NCBI GenBank assembly: GCA_040220235.1
Contig: JAVJTO010000051.1
DNA length: 64,000 nucleotides
Reading direction: 5' to 3' (one strand)
Source: Coleofasciculus sp. B1-GNL1-01
GTDB lineage: Bacteria; Cyanobacteriota; Cyanobacteriia; Cyanobacteriales; Coleofasciculaceae
Notes under the pieces: model-generated
What the model saw: only the letters and a program-made list of their open reading frames with translations
What the model was told of the DNA's origin: nothing
Database searches by the model: none
Program-made: the position numbers and the translations under genes
Part shown: positions 63,388 through 64,000 of the stretch, piece by piece
Layout: every line of letters starts with the position of its first letter
Position numbering within the stretch: position 1 is the first letter of the stretch

Positions 63388-63588
63388 AGCAAGGGGAGTA
63401 GGGCTGTAGGGGCGGGTTTTACAGATAACGTTGTGTTGGTGTCGAATAGCTTGACTAAACCCGCCCTTGGGGAAGCAGGGGAAGCAGGGGAAGCAGGGGG
63501 AGAAATTCTTAACCTTGATTAATTTCTAATTTACCCCCAGCATAATTATGATTAAGGTGGTTTAGAGGTCATAAGTGAGGAGTGAATT

Positions 63589-64000
63589 GTGAGACAGGAG
63601 CAACTGTTCAGTGGAATCGCGATCGCGACTGCCGTCTCTCTATCGATAACCCAACCCGTCTGGGCGGCGACGGCTCAAGTTACCGATGTTCGGCTCAATC
63701 CCAGAGGTAGTAGTTTAGAGCTGATTCTAGAAACCCAAGCTGGGGATCAGCGCCCCCAAGTTTTCCCGGTGAACCGGGGTAAGGATTGGGTGGCGGATAT
63801 TGTCAATGTTCGGTTGAATTTGCCCGAAGGCAACAGCTTTCGTCAAGACAACCCTATGGCTGGTATTACCGCTGTTACGGTGAGTCAAATCGAACCCAAC
63901 AGCATTCGGGTAACGGTGAGTGGGAATGAAAATTCACCTCAGGGTCAAATTCTCCAGCAAGAATCTCAGGCAATTACTCTAGGAATTAATCCTGCTCCCA
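63589..64000 (+). CDS. pilQ: type IV pilus secretin PilQ, N-terminal AMIN domain (partial)
   Basis: GTG after GAGGAG; signal peptide, then QVTDVRLNP...LELILET; runs off the window. Confidence 0.8.
   Translation, partial: MRQEQLFSGIAIATAVSLSITQPVWAATAQVTDVRLNPRGSSLELILETQAGDQRPQVFPVNRGKDWVADIVNVRLNLPEGNSFRQDNPMAGITAVTVSQIEPNSIRVTVSGNENSPQGQILQQESQAITLGINPAP

Overview
A window from a filamentous cyanobacterium. The evidence is psbZ, an HLIP, cyAbrB, frequent HIP1 GCGATCGC sites, STRR microsatellites and GTAG-type palindromes; an Oscillatoriales/Coleofasciculus-like host is my inference. Most of it is core and accessory chromosome: an ABC exporter, a STAND-WD40 protein, tRNA-Ser(GGA), a Fed2-like ferredoxin, a 2941-aa FHA-CHAT protein, a proA paralog, tRNA-Gly(GCC)-ribH-psbZ, a CBS tRNA nucleotidyltransferase, fbaB, a decaying TPM/LemA cluster, sdhB, a GH13 enzyme and pilMNOQ. 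The most interesting part is an AT-rich island at about 35.7-39.6 kb. It holds an IS607-type element (internally deleted tnpA plus tnpB), a Uma2 remnant, and a stand-alone ~620-aa reverse transcriptase with a YCDD motif that lacks retron and group II intron hallmarks. Directly upstream of the RT are a sigma70-like promoter and a ~180-nt leader whose ends pair and which encloses several hairpins. This layout suggests an ncRNA-guided UG/DRT-like RT system of unassigned type; family assignment and function remain untested. The window also shows small palindromic and MITE-like repeats, some inserted in frame into genes, and a ~350-bp duplication that cut off a probable toxin gene.
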